A stretch of DNA of 64,000 bases, taken from Chiloscyllium plagiosum. Taxonomy: Eukaryota. Each line of letters opens with the position of its first letter. The first letter of the stretch is position 1. The DNA lies in the NCBI RefSeq assembly GCF_004010195.1, contig NC_057719.1, forward strand, positions 72,193,335 through 72,257,334, given 5' to 3'. Under the pieces are notes generated by a model. It was not told where the DNA came from and did no database searches. It saw only the letters and a program-made list of their open reading frames with translations. The position numbers were made by a program, and so were the translations under genes. Positions 13,288-27,284 of this stretch are shown piece after piece.

Positions 13288-13604
13288 CCAAATATTCACG
13301 TCAAAATCCCATACAGACATTTTGAAAGACTTAAGGTCACAAATCAAATTGAACGTCATCTCAAGAATTTCTGTTGACAGAACAAATGTCTGGGAAGGAG
13401 CTCTGAGAGAGATGAGGCGCAAAACATTCAGCCCCTCCAGCACAATTTGCATTCAATTTTCAAATGATGCTAGAAAATCTCAAGTTGCTATTGATCTTGG
13501 AAATCCCTGTTATGAATTTTTTTGTTTGCTGATGCATCATCTTGCAAATTCACTTCTGTTTGAAGGTTCTGCTACCTCAAAGAACATGACTCTAAATTCT
13601 CGAG
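13288..13604 (+). CDS. G2E3: G2/M-phase-specific E3 ubiquitin ligase, exon (start of HECT domain)
   Basis: ttccacag|C acceptor, G|gttaga donor; QIFTSKSHTDILKDLRSQIK...EFFCLLMHHLANSLLFEGSATSKNMTLNSR matches the G2E3 pattern EFLSLLMQHLENSSLFEGS..KNLSLNSQ. Confidence 0.93.
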
Positions 13605-14972
13605 GTTAGATATTTTTATTATATATTAAAAGTTCAGAATTATAGCTATTTTCAGTTTGTAATTGCATTTAATATTGATGTAGTATATGTAAATATTGAT
13701 GCATTGCTAAATAATACAATGTTAAATTGATAATTTTCTTGAGTTACACCAATGCATTTTTTTGTATCCTGTGTATATAATATGAGGGAGATTTGTTCAT
13801 AAACAGATGGTATTAGGAATGCTATTTAGAACCTACGTAATGGCTTTAGAATTCCTAAGGAAGGGAATAGAATCGAACCCCAAGAAAAGAGGGATGCTCA
13901 CAAGATAGGGATGAGTCATCCCAAAAGAATCAGGTATGAAGGTTAGAAGGCCTGCCATGACACACTGGTACTGTCCAACATTGTAAAGTAAAGAATAAAA
14001 GGTGAATTATTCCACCAACTCTCATGCCCTCCTTGCCAAATACCCTCTTTTCCGCTACCCCACACTCATCATGTCACCTCATACCTTATATCTACTCCCT
14101 TATCCTTGATCCCCTTGCTAATATATGCCATTCAGGCTAAGAGGAATGGTATTATTGCCCCCATACCAAGCTATGTCCCTGTACCCATCCCCATTATCTT
14201 TATGGCTTTATGCCAACCCATTCCCTTGGCCCACCACATTCTGTACTTTCATCTACTGTAGCAGTCACCTAGTATCCACTGTTCGCAAATCTCTGGAGCC
14301 GTGCAGAGATAGTATAAAGTTCTAGGTGACATGAACAGAACCAGTATGTCATGGTTTTCATTATTTTGAAAAAAATGATCTTAATTCATTAGATAAAACA
14401 AGAAACCTCAGCCTTCTAACAAGAAATATTTTATTTAAGTGCAACAGTATTTAATGGAAATATTCTATTTAAGTTCATTGGAATTATAATCCCACATTAA
14501 TGTTCAAAACCACTTGTAGCTATAAATCAAACTTTTGGGAAAGCGCCATTGTAATGATAGATGGCTGGATACCAACAGAGTGAAATAGTAAGCATCATAT
14601 TTTTAACATTGAAGAATATTTTTTTCAAAGATAGGGTAACACTTTTAAATGCCTTGGCTCATTTTGACAGCTGTTTCTGTGTTTGATTTTTGATAAGTCT
14701 TAGGCAGCTCCAATTAATTTATATGCTGTTATATAATTTTTATACTGTTTACACATTTATGCTGACTTTTAACAGTCCCAAAGGGCATCAGATCTCCTCC
14801 CCTGCCATTAAATTAGGATGTTCAAAAGTATTTCTCAATCAATTATATATCTGTTTGGTGCAGTCATTATTTTAATGTGAAGGCAGTAGATATAGAATTC
14901 ACATTTCCCATCTTGCCCTGACATCGCAACTCAAAATCTGTAAACATTTATTTATATTTATTCCCTCCGTAG

Positions 14973-15154
14973 CTCTTAGGTGTGATTGGTATTATGAAGC
15001 AGGACGGATGATTGCAATCTCATTAGTTCACGGTGGTCCATCACCAAACTTCTTCTCCAGAACTCTGTTCAGTTGTCTGGCCTATGGTCCAGAGGTAACT
15101 GAACCAAATTTGGAAGATGTCTCACACGTTGATGTGACACGAAAGATTAAAAAG
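14973..15154 (+). CDS. G2E3: G2E3 exon (HECT N-lobe)
   Basis: ccgtag|CT ... AAG|gtaaat, 182 nt; [41 protein letters not shown]. Confidence 0.96.
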
Positions 15155-17184
15155 GTAAATTCTTAAAGACACTTGTACTATTGTTAATTGTTATTTTCAG
15201 TAGTGCTAGTCTAATGCACCTTTTATTTTGCCAGGAGGTGATGGGGTCAAATCCAAAGGGAATTGCTTTAGGATGAGGAGTGAACTACAATTTTGAATTA
15301 TTTGACCTGAACTGGTAGTTCATAGCAGAGAAGCTCTAAGGATACATTCTGTGGGAAATTGAATCAAGAATTCCTGTGTATTGAGAGGCAGAGGTGTCTG
15401 AGGTTGGAAGCTTTACTGTGTTAAGAAGATGGGTTGCTTGAGATTTTGCTTACCTGAGTCTACATGATGCAAGATGTAGTCCCAAATGTAGAAAGCATAC
15501 TAGTCACACAACTGATGTCCTTTATCTTGATCAGAACGGGAAAAAAAATCTCTCAATGTTAATGGCCAATAACCAGACCTTGTTCAGTTTCTAATTTTAT
15601 TTGGTTCCTAAAGTCAAATGTGGAAATAAAATGAGAATGCACAGAACACTTATGTACTTAGTAAGCTAAGTAACAATATTCCCATCAACCATTTGAAAGC
15701 ATAGTATGGACATGTGTGGAGACAAATAGTGGAGTAAAGAGTCAAAATGCCACATGAGCAATTCTGTTCATCATTTGAACATTGCAGTTGATCAATCAGG
15801 TCTATATTAGGTTTGCACTTGAATGGCTGATCAAAATACGTATTTCTAAAATGCATCGTCAGTGAGTATGTAGGGAACCCGCCATTAAACGTGTGCTGTG
15901 TTCTAGGTAAAGAGCAACTGTTTAATCTTAAAGATAGAAAATATGACGAGACTGAATGTATGTATTATTCTACTTGGTGTGGACAAGGAAGTTGGGCTTT
16001 AATCAAAATTACTTATGTTTTGTTATGAACCTCTTTCCAGAACGTCCTGACTAAACTGCACAACTTTAGCTTGAATTTTGCTTCAAACTAATAGAATCAT
16101 CCTCTTTAAAGAAACAAATAAATATGAACTTTTTACTAATATTAACAACAGATTCAAGACAGTGTAAAGGAAAGATCAGCTAAATCTAGAGATGCAGCAA
16201 AAGATCTTGCTGCCAGTGAAATAATTCAAAATGTTTATTTACCTTACATTTCAGAGAACTAAGTGAGAATAAAAGATCAAGCGATTAAGTAATTTGGACA
16301 AGAAAAATCATACACCTAGAACATTGAGGACAATCATGAAATTAAAAGTACAATCTTTAAATATCCTTTGATATGACATGTTTGTCTATGGACTGGAAAT
16401 TTCTAAATCTCTGTTCAAAAATTGAAGAAGTTATTAAATTATTGAACTGTCAGGCAGCCAACTTTATGACTAGTATGAAATCTTGTGGAGACCTTGGGGT
16501 TGAAATTAATACCCAATTGGAAAGATTATGTTAATTAAAGACAGACGGCATGAATTTCTTATAAAAAAAATTGCATGGGGAGAAAATAAATAGAAGACTC
16601 CTGTGAGGGCATATTTTGATAAAAGAAACTGAATGTTTTGTGAATTTTTAGTAATTATTTGGCAAGACAGAGTATAAGTATTGATTCATTGGTTAAAGAT
16701 AAGGCTTTACAATGGGAACCAGGCATGTAGTTGGAAATCAAATTAATAGAAAGCAAAATAATGTTTAATGGATTTTTTTAAATGTGGTATTATCTGTGTC
16801 AATTCTACTTGTGTTGAAATAATTTCTATTAAAAAATTGGAATTAATTGCAAGTAACACTAAATACGGAGCAGATAGCTTGTTATAAAGAGGAAATGGAG
16901 CAGATTAATGTCAGTTCAATTTTGGTAAATTGATACTATCTTAAAAATGAGTGAGAAGTACATTAAACAGTAAACTTTTAAAAGAATTGAAAAACAAATG
17001 GTGCATATATAAAACAACACATAAAACTTTTTTAAGTTGAAGACAAACCAACAAAGCTGAAAATGCAGATGGGATGCTTGGTAAATTTGGGCTTAACATA
17101 GTCTGTTTTGATTTTACAGAATTCCCTAGATCTTAGAATTCATCTGTTGATTGGGAGGTTATAAATGTAACCCCACTGTTCAAG

Positions 17185-19087
17185 ACAGTTGAGAGAGGGA
17201 AAGCTTTCTGGGGAAGGTGGGACCTCTACAGATAGGATGGTCTTCGTCTGAACCAGAGGGTACCAATTTACTGGGAGGGACATTTGCTAATGCTGTTCAT
17301 GGGTATTTAAACTAATGCAGCAACGGGATAGGAACCTGAATTGTAGTTCCAGTAAACAGGAGGCTGAGGGTGGTGAGGTCAGGGATAGCTTTACAAGGTT
17401 GCAAGAGGACACTGTCAATCAGGATGTTGATTTGAAATGTCTGTATTTCAATGCCAGGAGAATCCGGAATAAGGTGGGTGAACTTTCAACATAGGTTGGA
17501 ATCTGGGATTTTGATGTTGTGGCCATTCCAGAGACTTGGCTGGAGGAGGGACAGGAATGGTTGTTGCAGATTCTGGGATTTAGATGTTTCAGCAGGAACA
17601 GAGATGATGGTAAAGGGTTGGGGGGGTGCATTTTTAATCAAGGTGTGTATTACAGCAGCTGAGAGAACATTTGAGGACTCATTCACTGAGGTAATTTGGA
17701 CTGAGGTTAGAAACATGAAAGGAGAAGTTCACCCTAATGGGAGTTTTCTATAAGCCTCTGAATTGTTGCAGGGATGTAGAGGAAAGGATAGCAAAGATGA
17801 TTCTCAATAGGAACGAGAGGAACAGGGTCGTGGTTATTGGTCTTTAACTTCCCCAATATTGACTGGGAATACTATAGTTCAAGTAGTTTAGATGGGTCAG
17901 TTTTTGTTCAATGTGAGCAGGCGGGTTTTCTGAGACAGTATGTAGACAGGCCAACAAGGGGAGATGCCATATTGGATTTGATACTGGGGAATGGAGGTAG
18001 GTGAGCACTTTGGTGATAGTTACCGTAATTCAGTTATGTTTGCAATAGCAATGGGCAGGGAAAGAGATACAACTGGAGAGAAAGGCAATTATGATGTGAT
18101 TTGGCAAGATTTAAGATGCATAGAATGGAGAAAGAAACTGCAGGCGATGGGCATACTTGAAATGTGGAACTTATTTCAAGGAACAGCTACTGCGGGTCGT
18201 TGATAAGTATATACCTCTCAGGCAGAGAGGTAGTTGTTGAGAGAGGGAAACATAGTTTACTAAAGAATTTGAAGCTCTTGTCAAGAGGAAGAAGGCTTAT
18301 ATGAAGATGACGTGTAGAAGCTCAGTTAGGGGGCTTGAGAGTTGTAAGTTAGCCAGAAAAGATCTAAAGAGAGGGCTAAGAAGAGCTAGGAGGGGACATG
18401 AGAAGTTGTTGGTGGATAGGATCAAGGAAAACCCTAAGGCCTTCTATAGGTATATTGGGAATAAAAGAATGACTAGAGTAAGATTAGGACCGATCAACGA
18501 TAGTTGTGGAAAGTTGTGTGTGTAATCTGAGGACATGAGGAAGCACTTGATGAATACTTTTCATCAGTATTCATATTGGCAAAGGGCAATGTTAGTGAGA
18601 GTACGGAGATACAGGCTACCAGATTAGATGGGATTGAGCTGGACAAAGAGGAGATTTTAGCAATTTTTGAAGATTTGAAAATAGGTAAGATCCCAGGGCG
18701 AGATGGGTTTCATTCTAGGATTCTCTGGGAAGCCAGGGAGGAGATTGCAGAGCCTTTGGCTTCAATCTTTATGTCATCATTGTCGACATGAGTAGTGCCA
18801 GAAGTCGAGAGGATAGCAAATGTTGTTCCCTTATTTAAGAAGGGGAGTTGGGATGACCTTGGTAATTATAGGCCAGTGAACCTTATTTCGGTCGTGGGTA
18901 AGGTGTTAGAAAAGGTTATAAGAGATAGGATTTATAATCATCTGGAAAGAAATAATTCTATTAGGGATAGTTAACACAGTTTTGTGAAGGGTAAGTCGTG
19001 CCTCATTATCTTACTGATTATTTTCACAAGTCGGCGCAACATCGAGGGCCGAAGGGCCTGTAATGCACTGTAACATTTTATGTTCTA
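17185..19087 (+). mobile_element. CR1 (HER1-like) LINE: ORF1 esterase tail, endonuclease and RT start, with RT core missing
   Basis: DGLRLNQRG (SGNH esterase end), CLYFNARRIRNK, ETWL, RIKENPKAFYRY, PLFKKG, YRPV; jumps at about 19030 to the CR1 3' end GGCCGAAGGGCCTG. Confidence 0.85.
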
Positions 19088-20033
19088 GTCAGGTTACTTG
19101 ACATCAGTAGTATGGAAGTGTTCAAACCTTTTGTTTTTGATTTTATGGAATTTGTGTCACTGGAAAGGCCAGTATTTATTACTCATAAGTAATTGCCATT
19201 GTCAAAGTGGTGGTGAGCCACTATTTCAAACCACTATAGTCCATGGACAACTTATAAACTCTCTACTTTAAGTGTAGGAATTGAAACAGTGATATCGTTC
19301 CATATTTGTGACTTGGTGTACCTATGCATCAGCAGCTGAGGAATGTTAACTAAGAAAATCAAAATGGGATGAGGTCCCATGGGTTTGTGAAAGGAAATAA
19401 TGTAGTTTAGACAAAAGAGAACAAGTGGATGTAGTATTTTAACTGACATGTTGTGACGCATCTCCTATACAGATGGGACTTGAAACCACACCTTCTGGCC
19501 AAGAATCGGGGCACTACCACTGCCACAAGAATCCTTCAATGGATGTAGTGCACCTGGATTTTCAAAGGGTTTTTAAAGGAAGTGAAAAACGTAGAATGTT
19601 GTCAAAGAAGTTTAGGACTAATGAGTTTGAAGGTGATTTGGAACTGGTCAATAAGAGAAACAGATTTGAGAAGTAAATGAGATAGTATCAAGTTATTGGT
19701 TTTTAAGAAGAATTAATTGCTTCAGTTGCTTGGCTATTTGTGATTTAGATCAATGGCTAACATGAAGGGACAGAGTGTGATATGTTCAAACTTCTAAAAA
19801 GCAAAGCTGAATGGGGAAGTAAGTTGTGAGAAGGATACCAAGAGGCTGCAAATGGACATGGGAAAGGTAAATGACTGGTTAAAAAAGTGACAGATTATAA
19901 AGTGGGGAACTTGTGAAGTTATCCACTTTCTTAGAAGAATAAAATCAGTTTTTGTTTTAAAAGCATGAGAGACTGGTAAATATTGATTTGTAATTGAATC
20001 AACCACAAATTTCAAAGGTAACATGTAGGCATT

Positions 20034-20161
20034 TCCTGAAGAAGGACTTATGCCCGAAACGTTGATTCTCCTGCTCCTTTGATGCTGCCTGACCTGCTGC
20101 GTTTTTCCAGCAACACATTTTTAAGCTCTGATCTCCAGCATCTGCAGTCTTCACTTTCTCC
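20034..20161 (+). mobile_element. 128-bp Penelope-like element with minimal hammerhead motif (family B)
   Basis: CTGAAGA(20036-42)-A-GGAC TTAT GCCC-GAAAC-GTT; 8-bp TSD TAGGCATT (20026-33 / 20162-69). Confidence 0.75.
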
Positions 20162-21089
20162 TAGGCATTATTAACAATCAGGAAAGCAAATTTTTGTTAA
20201 TTCTTATTGCACGTGGGTTGGTGTCTAATAAATTATGTGGGACTTTGTTCACACCTCACCTAGAGTACTGTGTGATTTTGGTCTCATTACCTAATGATGC
20301 ACTTGCCTTTGAAAGACTACAACACAGGTTCACAAAATTGGTTACTTGAATAAATGGAGAAGTCTAGTAGTGTGGGCATATGGATTCCAGAGAATGAAAG
20401 ATGAACAAATTGAAATGTAGATGGGACAGGGGAAATTACCTGAAACTGCAGCAGCTCCAGAAAAGGATCAAGACTTTGGTGGTGGAGAAGGTGAACAAGA
20501 ATGTGCTGTGGGGTTTTGACTGCAACAATAACTGATCAAGTTGACTGGTGTCCTATCTGCCTCAACCACTTCATGGACCAAGAAGTAGCTGTTCCTGAGA
20601 GCTGCTGTCACATTATTTTGCCCGAGGTGCATTCTTGCTTGGACAGAAGTAAGAAAATGTTAACCTACAATTAAATTGTATATAAATATATATATTTAAA
20701 AGTTTATATTTGGAAGTGAATTGAAAATATCCAATGAATATAGTGAAGCTAATCTGATTGCATAAAATGAGTGCTGTTATAAAATTAATTAATGAATTAA
20801 ATCTATGAAATGAAACAATTGAACCAAACAAACACCAGTGCTCAAAAGATATGCTCAGATGGAGACATCAGTTAGATTATTGTGTGGACATTGGGAGTGG
20901 GGGAGGAAGAAGAGTGAAAAAGGGAGGTGTTTTCTCCTCCAAGTTTTGACATTTTATGTGAGTGCTTACATTTTGTATAAGAGATTGGCAATCCAACATT
21001 ATGTGACTTCCTGGATATAACTCATAAAGGGCCAAATCTTTTTGGGATAATAATGATATCTATGCAGCACACGCCTTATTAATTTACAA

Positions 21090-21460
21090 GTGACAAATCT
21101 ACAATGGCTTCATGACGAGGTCAGTGGCCAGGGAATCTTGCTGCAAGTTACTTTTGCCCTGACTCCTCAAGGCCTGTCCATCATCAACAAGGCTCAAATC
21201 AGGAATGTGATGGAATACTCTCCACTTGGTGAGATGAGTGCAGCTCCAATAGCACTGGAAGCTCAACACCATCCAGGATGAAGCAGCCTTCAACATTTAC
21301 TCCCTTCAGCACTGACACATCGTGGTAGCAGTGCATACCACCTATGCAATGAACTGCAACAATTCACGAAGCCTCCTTCAGCAGGTGTCTTCCAAGCCAC
21401 AGCCGCTATCACTTAGAAGATCAAGAGTAGCAAATACATGGAAACTCAATCACTTGCAAG
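21090..21460 (+). mobile_element. CR1/L2-clade LINE 3' fragment
   Basis: KAQIRNVMEYSPL..MSAAP motif shared with the 40200-42800 element. Confidence 0.7.
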
Positions 21461-21559
21461 TATCTATACTCATTAGAGTTTAGAATAATGAAAGAGGATG
21501 TAATTAAAACACACAGAATTCTAACAGGACAAGTCCCACAACATATTTCCTTCCTTTTG

Positions 21560-22068
21560 GAAAGATGTTGTAAAACTTGAAAGGGCTCAGAAAAGATTTT
21601 CAAGGATGTTGCCAGGGTTGGAGGATTTGAGCTGTAGGGAGAGGTTAAATAGGTTAGGGCTGTTTTCCCTGGAGCATCGGAGGCTGAGTGGTGACCTTAT
21701 AGAGGTTTATAAAATCATGAGGGGCATGGATAGGATAAATAGACAAAGTCTTTTCCCTGGGGTGGAGGAGTCAGAACTAAAGGGCATAGGTTTAGGGTGA
21801 GAGGGGAAAGATATAAAAGAGACCTAAGGGGCAACATTTTCATACAGAGAGTGGTACGTTTATGGAATGTGCTGCCAGAGGAAGTGGTAGAGGCTAGTAC
21901 AATTGCAACATTTAAAAGGCATTTGGATGGGTATATGAATAGGAATGATTTGGAGGGATAAGAACCGGGTTCCTTGCAGGTGGAAATAGATTGGCTTAGG
22001 ATATCTGGTCGGCATGGACAAGTTGGATCGAAGGGTCTGTTTCCGTCCTGTACATCTCTATGACTCTT
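21560..22068 (+). mobile_element. CR1 (HER1-like) LINE 3' end
   Basis: RMLPGLEDLSCRERLNRLGLFSLEHRRLSGDLIEVYKIMRG and a CTCTATGACTCT-type tail. Confidence 0.9.
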
Positions 22069-22099
22069 AAAAAACTTACTTGCCTTAGTGGAAGGAGAC

Positions 22100-23030
22100 A
22101 GAGTATGGTTGTAGAAACACAAGATCAATGCTTGGGTCCTTTATTATTCATGATATGTGTGAATAATGTAAATGATGAGAATGTGGGTGAGGAGAAGAGA
22201 TGATATGTAGGTTTGAGAATAACAAGAAGATTGACCGAGTGGTTTATATTGACGAAGAAGGTCTTGGGTAACAGGAAGATATATATGAGTTGTTAAGATG
22301 TGCAGATCAGTGGTAGATGGAATTTAACCAAGATGTAACCAGACAAGGGAGTATTCAATGAATTGCAGGACACTGGGAAACTCTTAAGAACAGAAGGATC
22401 TTGGGGTGCATATCCACAGATACCTGAAGATGGCAGGATAGGGTTTATACAGTGGTTAGGAAGACATATGGGATGCTCGCTTTTTTCAGTTGTAGCTGAG
22501 ATTATAAGACCAGGGAGGTAATGCTGGTACTGTAGAAAACTTTGTTTAGGTCACAACTGGAGTATTGTGCAGTTATAGTTGCCACATTATAGGAAGGATG
22601 AGGCTGCACTGGAGGGGATACAGAGAGGTTCATCAGGGTGTTGCCTTAGTTGGAGCACTTCAGCTATGAAGAGAGGCTGGATAGCTCAGGAGTTTTTTTA
22701 AGTAGAGAAGGGTGTAGAATCTGATTGAGATGTATAAGGTTGAGGGGCATGGACAACACATGATGGAAAGCAGCTGTTCCCCTTAGATGAGGGTTCAATA
22801 CCAAGGAGGTATAACTTTAATATGAAAAGGAAGAGGTTTAGAGGGGATTTAAGGAAAAAAGTTCACTGAGTGTCATGGGAATCTGGAATGCACTACCTCG
22901 GAGGGTAGTAGAAGTGGGAGGAACAATTTAAATTTCATATTCTGTGCTACGAACCAAGTTGAATTATTGCAGATAGGTTGGCACATATTTGATGGGCCAA
23001 AAGGCTTCTCCTGTGCTGTATGACTTGACA
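22100..23030 (+). mobile_element. Older CR1 LINE 3' part
   Basis: Degenerate RT C-terminal half (LGPLLFMI, LEYCAV, YEERLD) and CR1 tail GGGCCAAAAGGC..GTGCTGTATGAC. Confidence 0.7.
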
Positions 23031-23385
23031 CGTTAAATACTTGAGAGGAGGCTGTTTTCTCCAGGCTAAAGTATAGAACTCAAGTCATATTCGCTGTATA
23101 AGGTTATGGTCATTTAGAACTGAGATGCAGGAAAACTTCTTATTCTGAAGTTTGTGAATCTCAGAAATTCTTTACTGTGGATAGTTATGAGCAATTACTG
23201 GTTGACTATATTCATGACAGAGATTGATACATTGAAATAATTAAGAAATGTGGGAAATAGCAAAGTTCAAAGTTTAGGAAAGAATGTCTGACTCTGTTTC
23301 GGAGTGGTGGTTGGGGGGGGGGGATGGTAGTGCTATCTATTTTAATTAAAATACATAATTAAATATTACAATTTGTCTTTTCCAG

Positions 23386-23558
23386 ATACAAGAATCTTCA
23401 ACCTTGGAAGAATTGAAATTAGCTGTCAAGGAAAATACTGACTACCTTTCAGTAGCTGGATGTTTGAGATCAGTATGGTCATTGGATGATAAAGAAATGT
23501 TGCTGAAGGATATGTTGACCTTCCATGTGATCAGTCGAGTTCGCTCACCTTTTGAAAG
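23386..23558 (+). CDS. G2E3: G2E3 exon (HECT)
   Basis: ttccag|ATA ... AG|gtttgc, 173 nt; IQESSTLEELKLAVKENTDYLSVAGCLRSVWSLDDKEMLLKDMLTFHVISRVRSPFE. Confidence 0.95.
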
Positions 23559-26500
23559 GTTTGCCTTTATGTACTGTATTTGCATCAAGAGCTTTAATCA
23601 CTGCAACAGCCTGTACAAATGTTGTACCTTTAGATTATGTGATTAGGTTCTTGGAAATTGCCGAAAATCTGAACATTTTTTATTCCTTCTTGGGATGTGA
23701 ATATCACTAACAAAACCAGCAGTTCTTGCCCATTCCTAATCAGTTTTTAGGAGGTAGTGGTGAGTCACCTTTTTTGAATCACTGCAGTCCATACTGAAGA
23801 AATGTCCACAGTGCAACTGAGTGGAAATTTCCAGGATTTTGAGTGACAATTAAGGTTTGACGATACAATTCCAATTTAGGATAGAGTGTAATTTTGTGGG
23901 GGTATGTAAACCTGTACCAAGCAGGTCTAGTCTTAGATGGTAGAGGCCACAGATACTGTAGAAGAAGCCTTAGAAAGTGGAGGTTGTCATCTCCATTTTA
24001 GGTTTTAAAATTTGTAATGGGGAATTACTTTCTAAATCACAAATCTTTCTTTAACATATTCTTATGGATAACAAAGCAAAAGATATTCATTTCCCAACAG
24101 TAAATGGTTCCTAGAGGGTAGATTTTAGAATACATTGTTATTTTTGAATTGACAGGGGGAAGCATTTGTATTATTTCCTGTAACTTTTTATTCTATGGAA
24201 ACTAAATATGAGTCTCTTTATCATCGTTTTCTTTTGTACATGGTTTTTTTTTTATCAACTGTCCTCTAGCCAGCCTCAACAAAGTGCTTGTGATCAAGGA
24301 TGTACTTCACAATTTCTTTTTTCATCTCTGTAAAAGCTCTTGTCTGTTTTGTATTCCTGGCTAGCTTACTCTGTTACTGTTTTTCCCCTTATCAACTTCA
24401 TGGCCCTATCTGGATCCTAAAACATTGCCAGCCTTCAGGGTTCCTTCAATTTACAGCCTTATAAGATGCTTTAAAGAGAATAGTATTCCTAACTTTTTTT
24501 TTGGATTTTGTTTTTTTTTTAGTGAAAGACATTTTGAACCTTTGAATCTATTACTGTATTAACCTTAGCCAGCCCACATCACTTATCTTTAGAATTGGTT
24601 TTGGGATTAAATTTCCAGAACTGGAAGAACTACAGCCTAGGATTCTAAACCATAATGCAGATACGTTAGATGCTCTGGCTATAATTTTAAAATTTCCTTA
24701 GACTCTGGAATCAGATGTTTAAGAAAGAACGGAAAACAAAAATGAGGAGTTACAACCCAAGCACCCTGATATCAATCATTGGGAGCGTGGTGGTATTTAT
24801 GATTGGAAAAAGTCATAATGCACTTCAAAAATAATAATATGATTAGAACAAGTTAACACAGTTTTATGAGAACAAAATCCTTTTTTTGCTCACATTTTTA
24901 CATTTGTGGGAATTGCTGGCTAGACCAGCGTTTATTACCCATCACTAATTGTCCTGCAGAAAAGCATATGAAGTATGTTGAAGTTCCCATAAGATGCCCA
25001 TCCATACTGTTAAAGAAACTTAGTTCCGAATTAATACACAGTTTAACCATTAATGGATGCCTCGCCACCTGCTATTAATTAATGCAATTACTTATATTAA
25101 CTGATTTTACAAATGTTAATTTGAATCAATGCTAATTTAGTGAGAAGTGATAAAAATACATACTGAGCAATCACTTGCCTTCTTACCTCTGCTGTCATGT
25201 TTTGTTTTTGTTGAAAATATTGACCTTCTCTCCCTGATTCCTCAGGTTCGCTATTTAATCCCCTTTCTGGTCCCTCTCACCAAAAATCCCTACTCCCTCT
25301 TGGGCTTAATGTTTAATCCACTCACTGCATTTCCTGCTCCTTGTCAGCGTCAATATTTTATCTTGCTGTTCTGAAGTATAAAGTTAGTTATGTTGCTGAG
25401 CTGTAGAGCAGTCAGCATATTTTCTTCTGACAGTGGAGATAATGGACATTTAAACTCAAAGTCTGGACTGGATACTTAAAATGCCTGGAATCAATAAGTT
25501 CAGGAAAAGTAGGGAAGGAATGAAAGGAAGATAGTTAGCAAACTGGATTAAGGAGAACATTGCAATAGAGAGAATGTCCTAGATGCCCAATGACTACAGC
25601 TAAGGAAAATTACAGTTGTTCTAACATTGCTCAAAGTATTCTACACATTACTAAGTAGCGGGAAGGATGCAGAGGAACAAATTTACAAGGAAATTACATG
25701 CTATTCCAATCCAGTTCCAATTAGGGTAATTGAAGTGTGAACAGCAGAGAGAGAGGCACAGATTCTTTGAGTGTTCAGAAGAATATTCTACTTTAATGTG
25801 TTTTCTGTTGAACAAGAAAAAAGGCATCCTGGACCTAGTTTTTGGAAATTAAATGAATCCTTGAAGGAAATTTTAGAAGACAGTGATTGTATCATAAGGC
25901 TTCTGTTCGATATGATAAAGGACAACTAGCAATTCAGCTTAGAGTCTCTGAGCTGTGAACTGGTTCCATTCCAGAGTCTATTCACAAGTCAATTTGCACA
26001 CAAGTCTGTAACAGAACGTGCTATATAAAACATCTATTTGTAAGTACAGGTAATGTTCTTATGTCAGATATTTAAAATTGTACCCCTGAACGGAAATCCA
26101 TTCATAATTTGAACATTTGAAACTTGATGACCCATGGAACAAAACTTGATTAATTGATGAAATACAAATTTCAGTGGAGCAAAAACTGATCTGCCCAGAT
26201 AATTTGGAACATAAGATTGGCTGGAAAAACTAATTGACTGCCTTTAAGGAAGAGAACATTCAGGTTCAGTGCTAGGAGGGTTTGCCTTCTATACTATAAT
26301 TAATCTACTTCAGATTGGGTGAGGAACTTCAAATTGGGTGAAATTAGCAAGTTGTGTGTGTTTTTTAATTAAGCTGTAAATTCATTTGCTCTAATGTTTT
26401 TAAACTAACTGAATCACAATTTCACAAAAATATTTGTCACTAAACTATGCAGCATATTTTCAATATCATATTTTCATTGTGAGCAACTTGAACTATCTCT

Positions 26501-26691
26501 AAAGTGTATGGAAGAACCTTTCACTCAAATATTGTCAACCTTATGTTGCTGATCTAATTTAATTCTGACATCTTTTCTCTCCCCCCTCTAGTATTAATAT
26601 TTAAAATTGGCTAATGAAGCTTCAGAATCTAAATTTCAACAGAAATGATACCATAAGAGCCACTTCTTAATATTTTGATTCCTTATCTCAG

Positions 26692-26906
26692 ATTCCGTGA
26701 AGGATTAAAGGTTCTTGGTGTGTTGGAAAACATTCAAAAATATCCAGAAGTGTTTGTTGAGCTGTTGTGTTACAAACCCGTCAAGTTAACAGCAGAGACA
26801 TTTGAAAAACTTTTCTCCATCAACTTTTCACCAAATGGAAGTAATAGACGGATTGCAGAATCTAGAGTGTTTGATTTCTGGAGAGATTATTTGGCAGACG
26901 TGGAAG
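26692..26906 (+). CDS. G2E3: G2E3 exon (HECT)
   Basis: tctcag|A ... G|gtatga, 215 nt; FREGLKVLGVLENIQKYPEVFVELLCYKP...FWRDYLADVE. Confidence 0.95.
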
Positions 26907-27284
26907 GTATGATTAAGATTTTAAAAAATAAATTTAATTCACACTGCCCTCTGTCCATTAACCAATATTTATCCTGTACCACTCTTCTAACATCTTCCTA
27001 CTAAAAGGGACCAAGGAATGAAAGGTATTTGAAGTGAGTGATTTGCTTTCAGTTTTGGGTTCATGTTATGAGAGGATAGTCATTTTATTTGGCAGATGTG
27101 GAAGGTATGATTAAGATTTTACAAAATAAATTTAATTCACACTGCCCTCTGTCCATTAACCAATATTTATCCTGTACCACTCTTCTAACATCTTCCTACT
27201 AAAAGGGACCAAGGAATGAAAGGTATTTGAAGTGAGTGATTTGCTTTCAGTTTTAGGTTCATGTTATGAGAGGATAGTCATTTT
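26889..27284 (+). repeat. 198-bp direct tandem duplication (2 copies) spanning the G2E3 exon 3' end and splice donor
   Basis: 26889-27086 and 27087-27284 are identical apart from about 3 substitutions. Confidence 0.95.
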
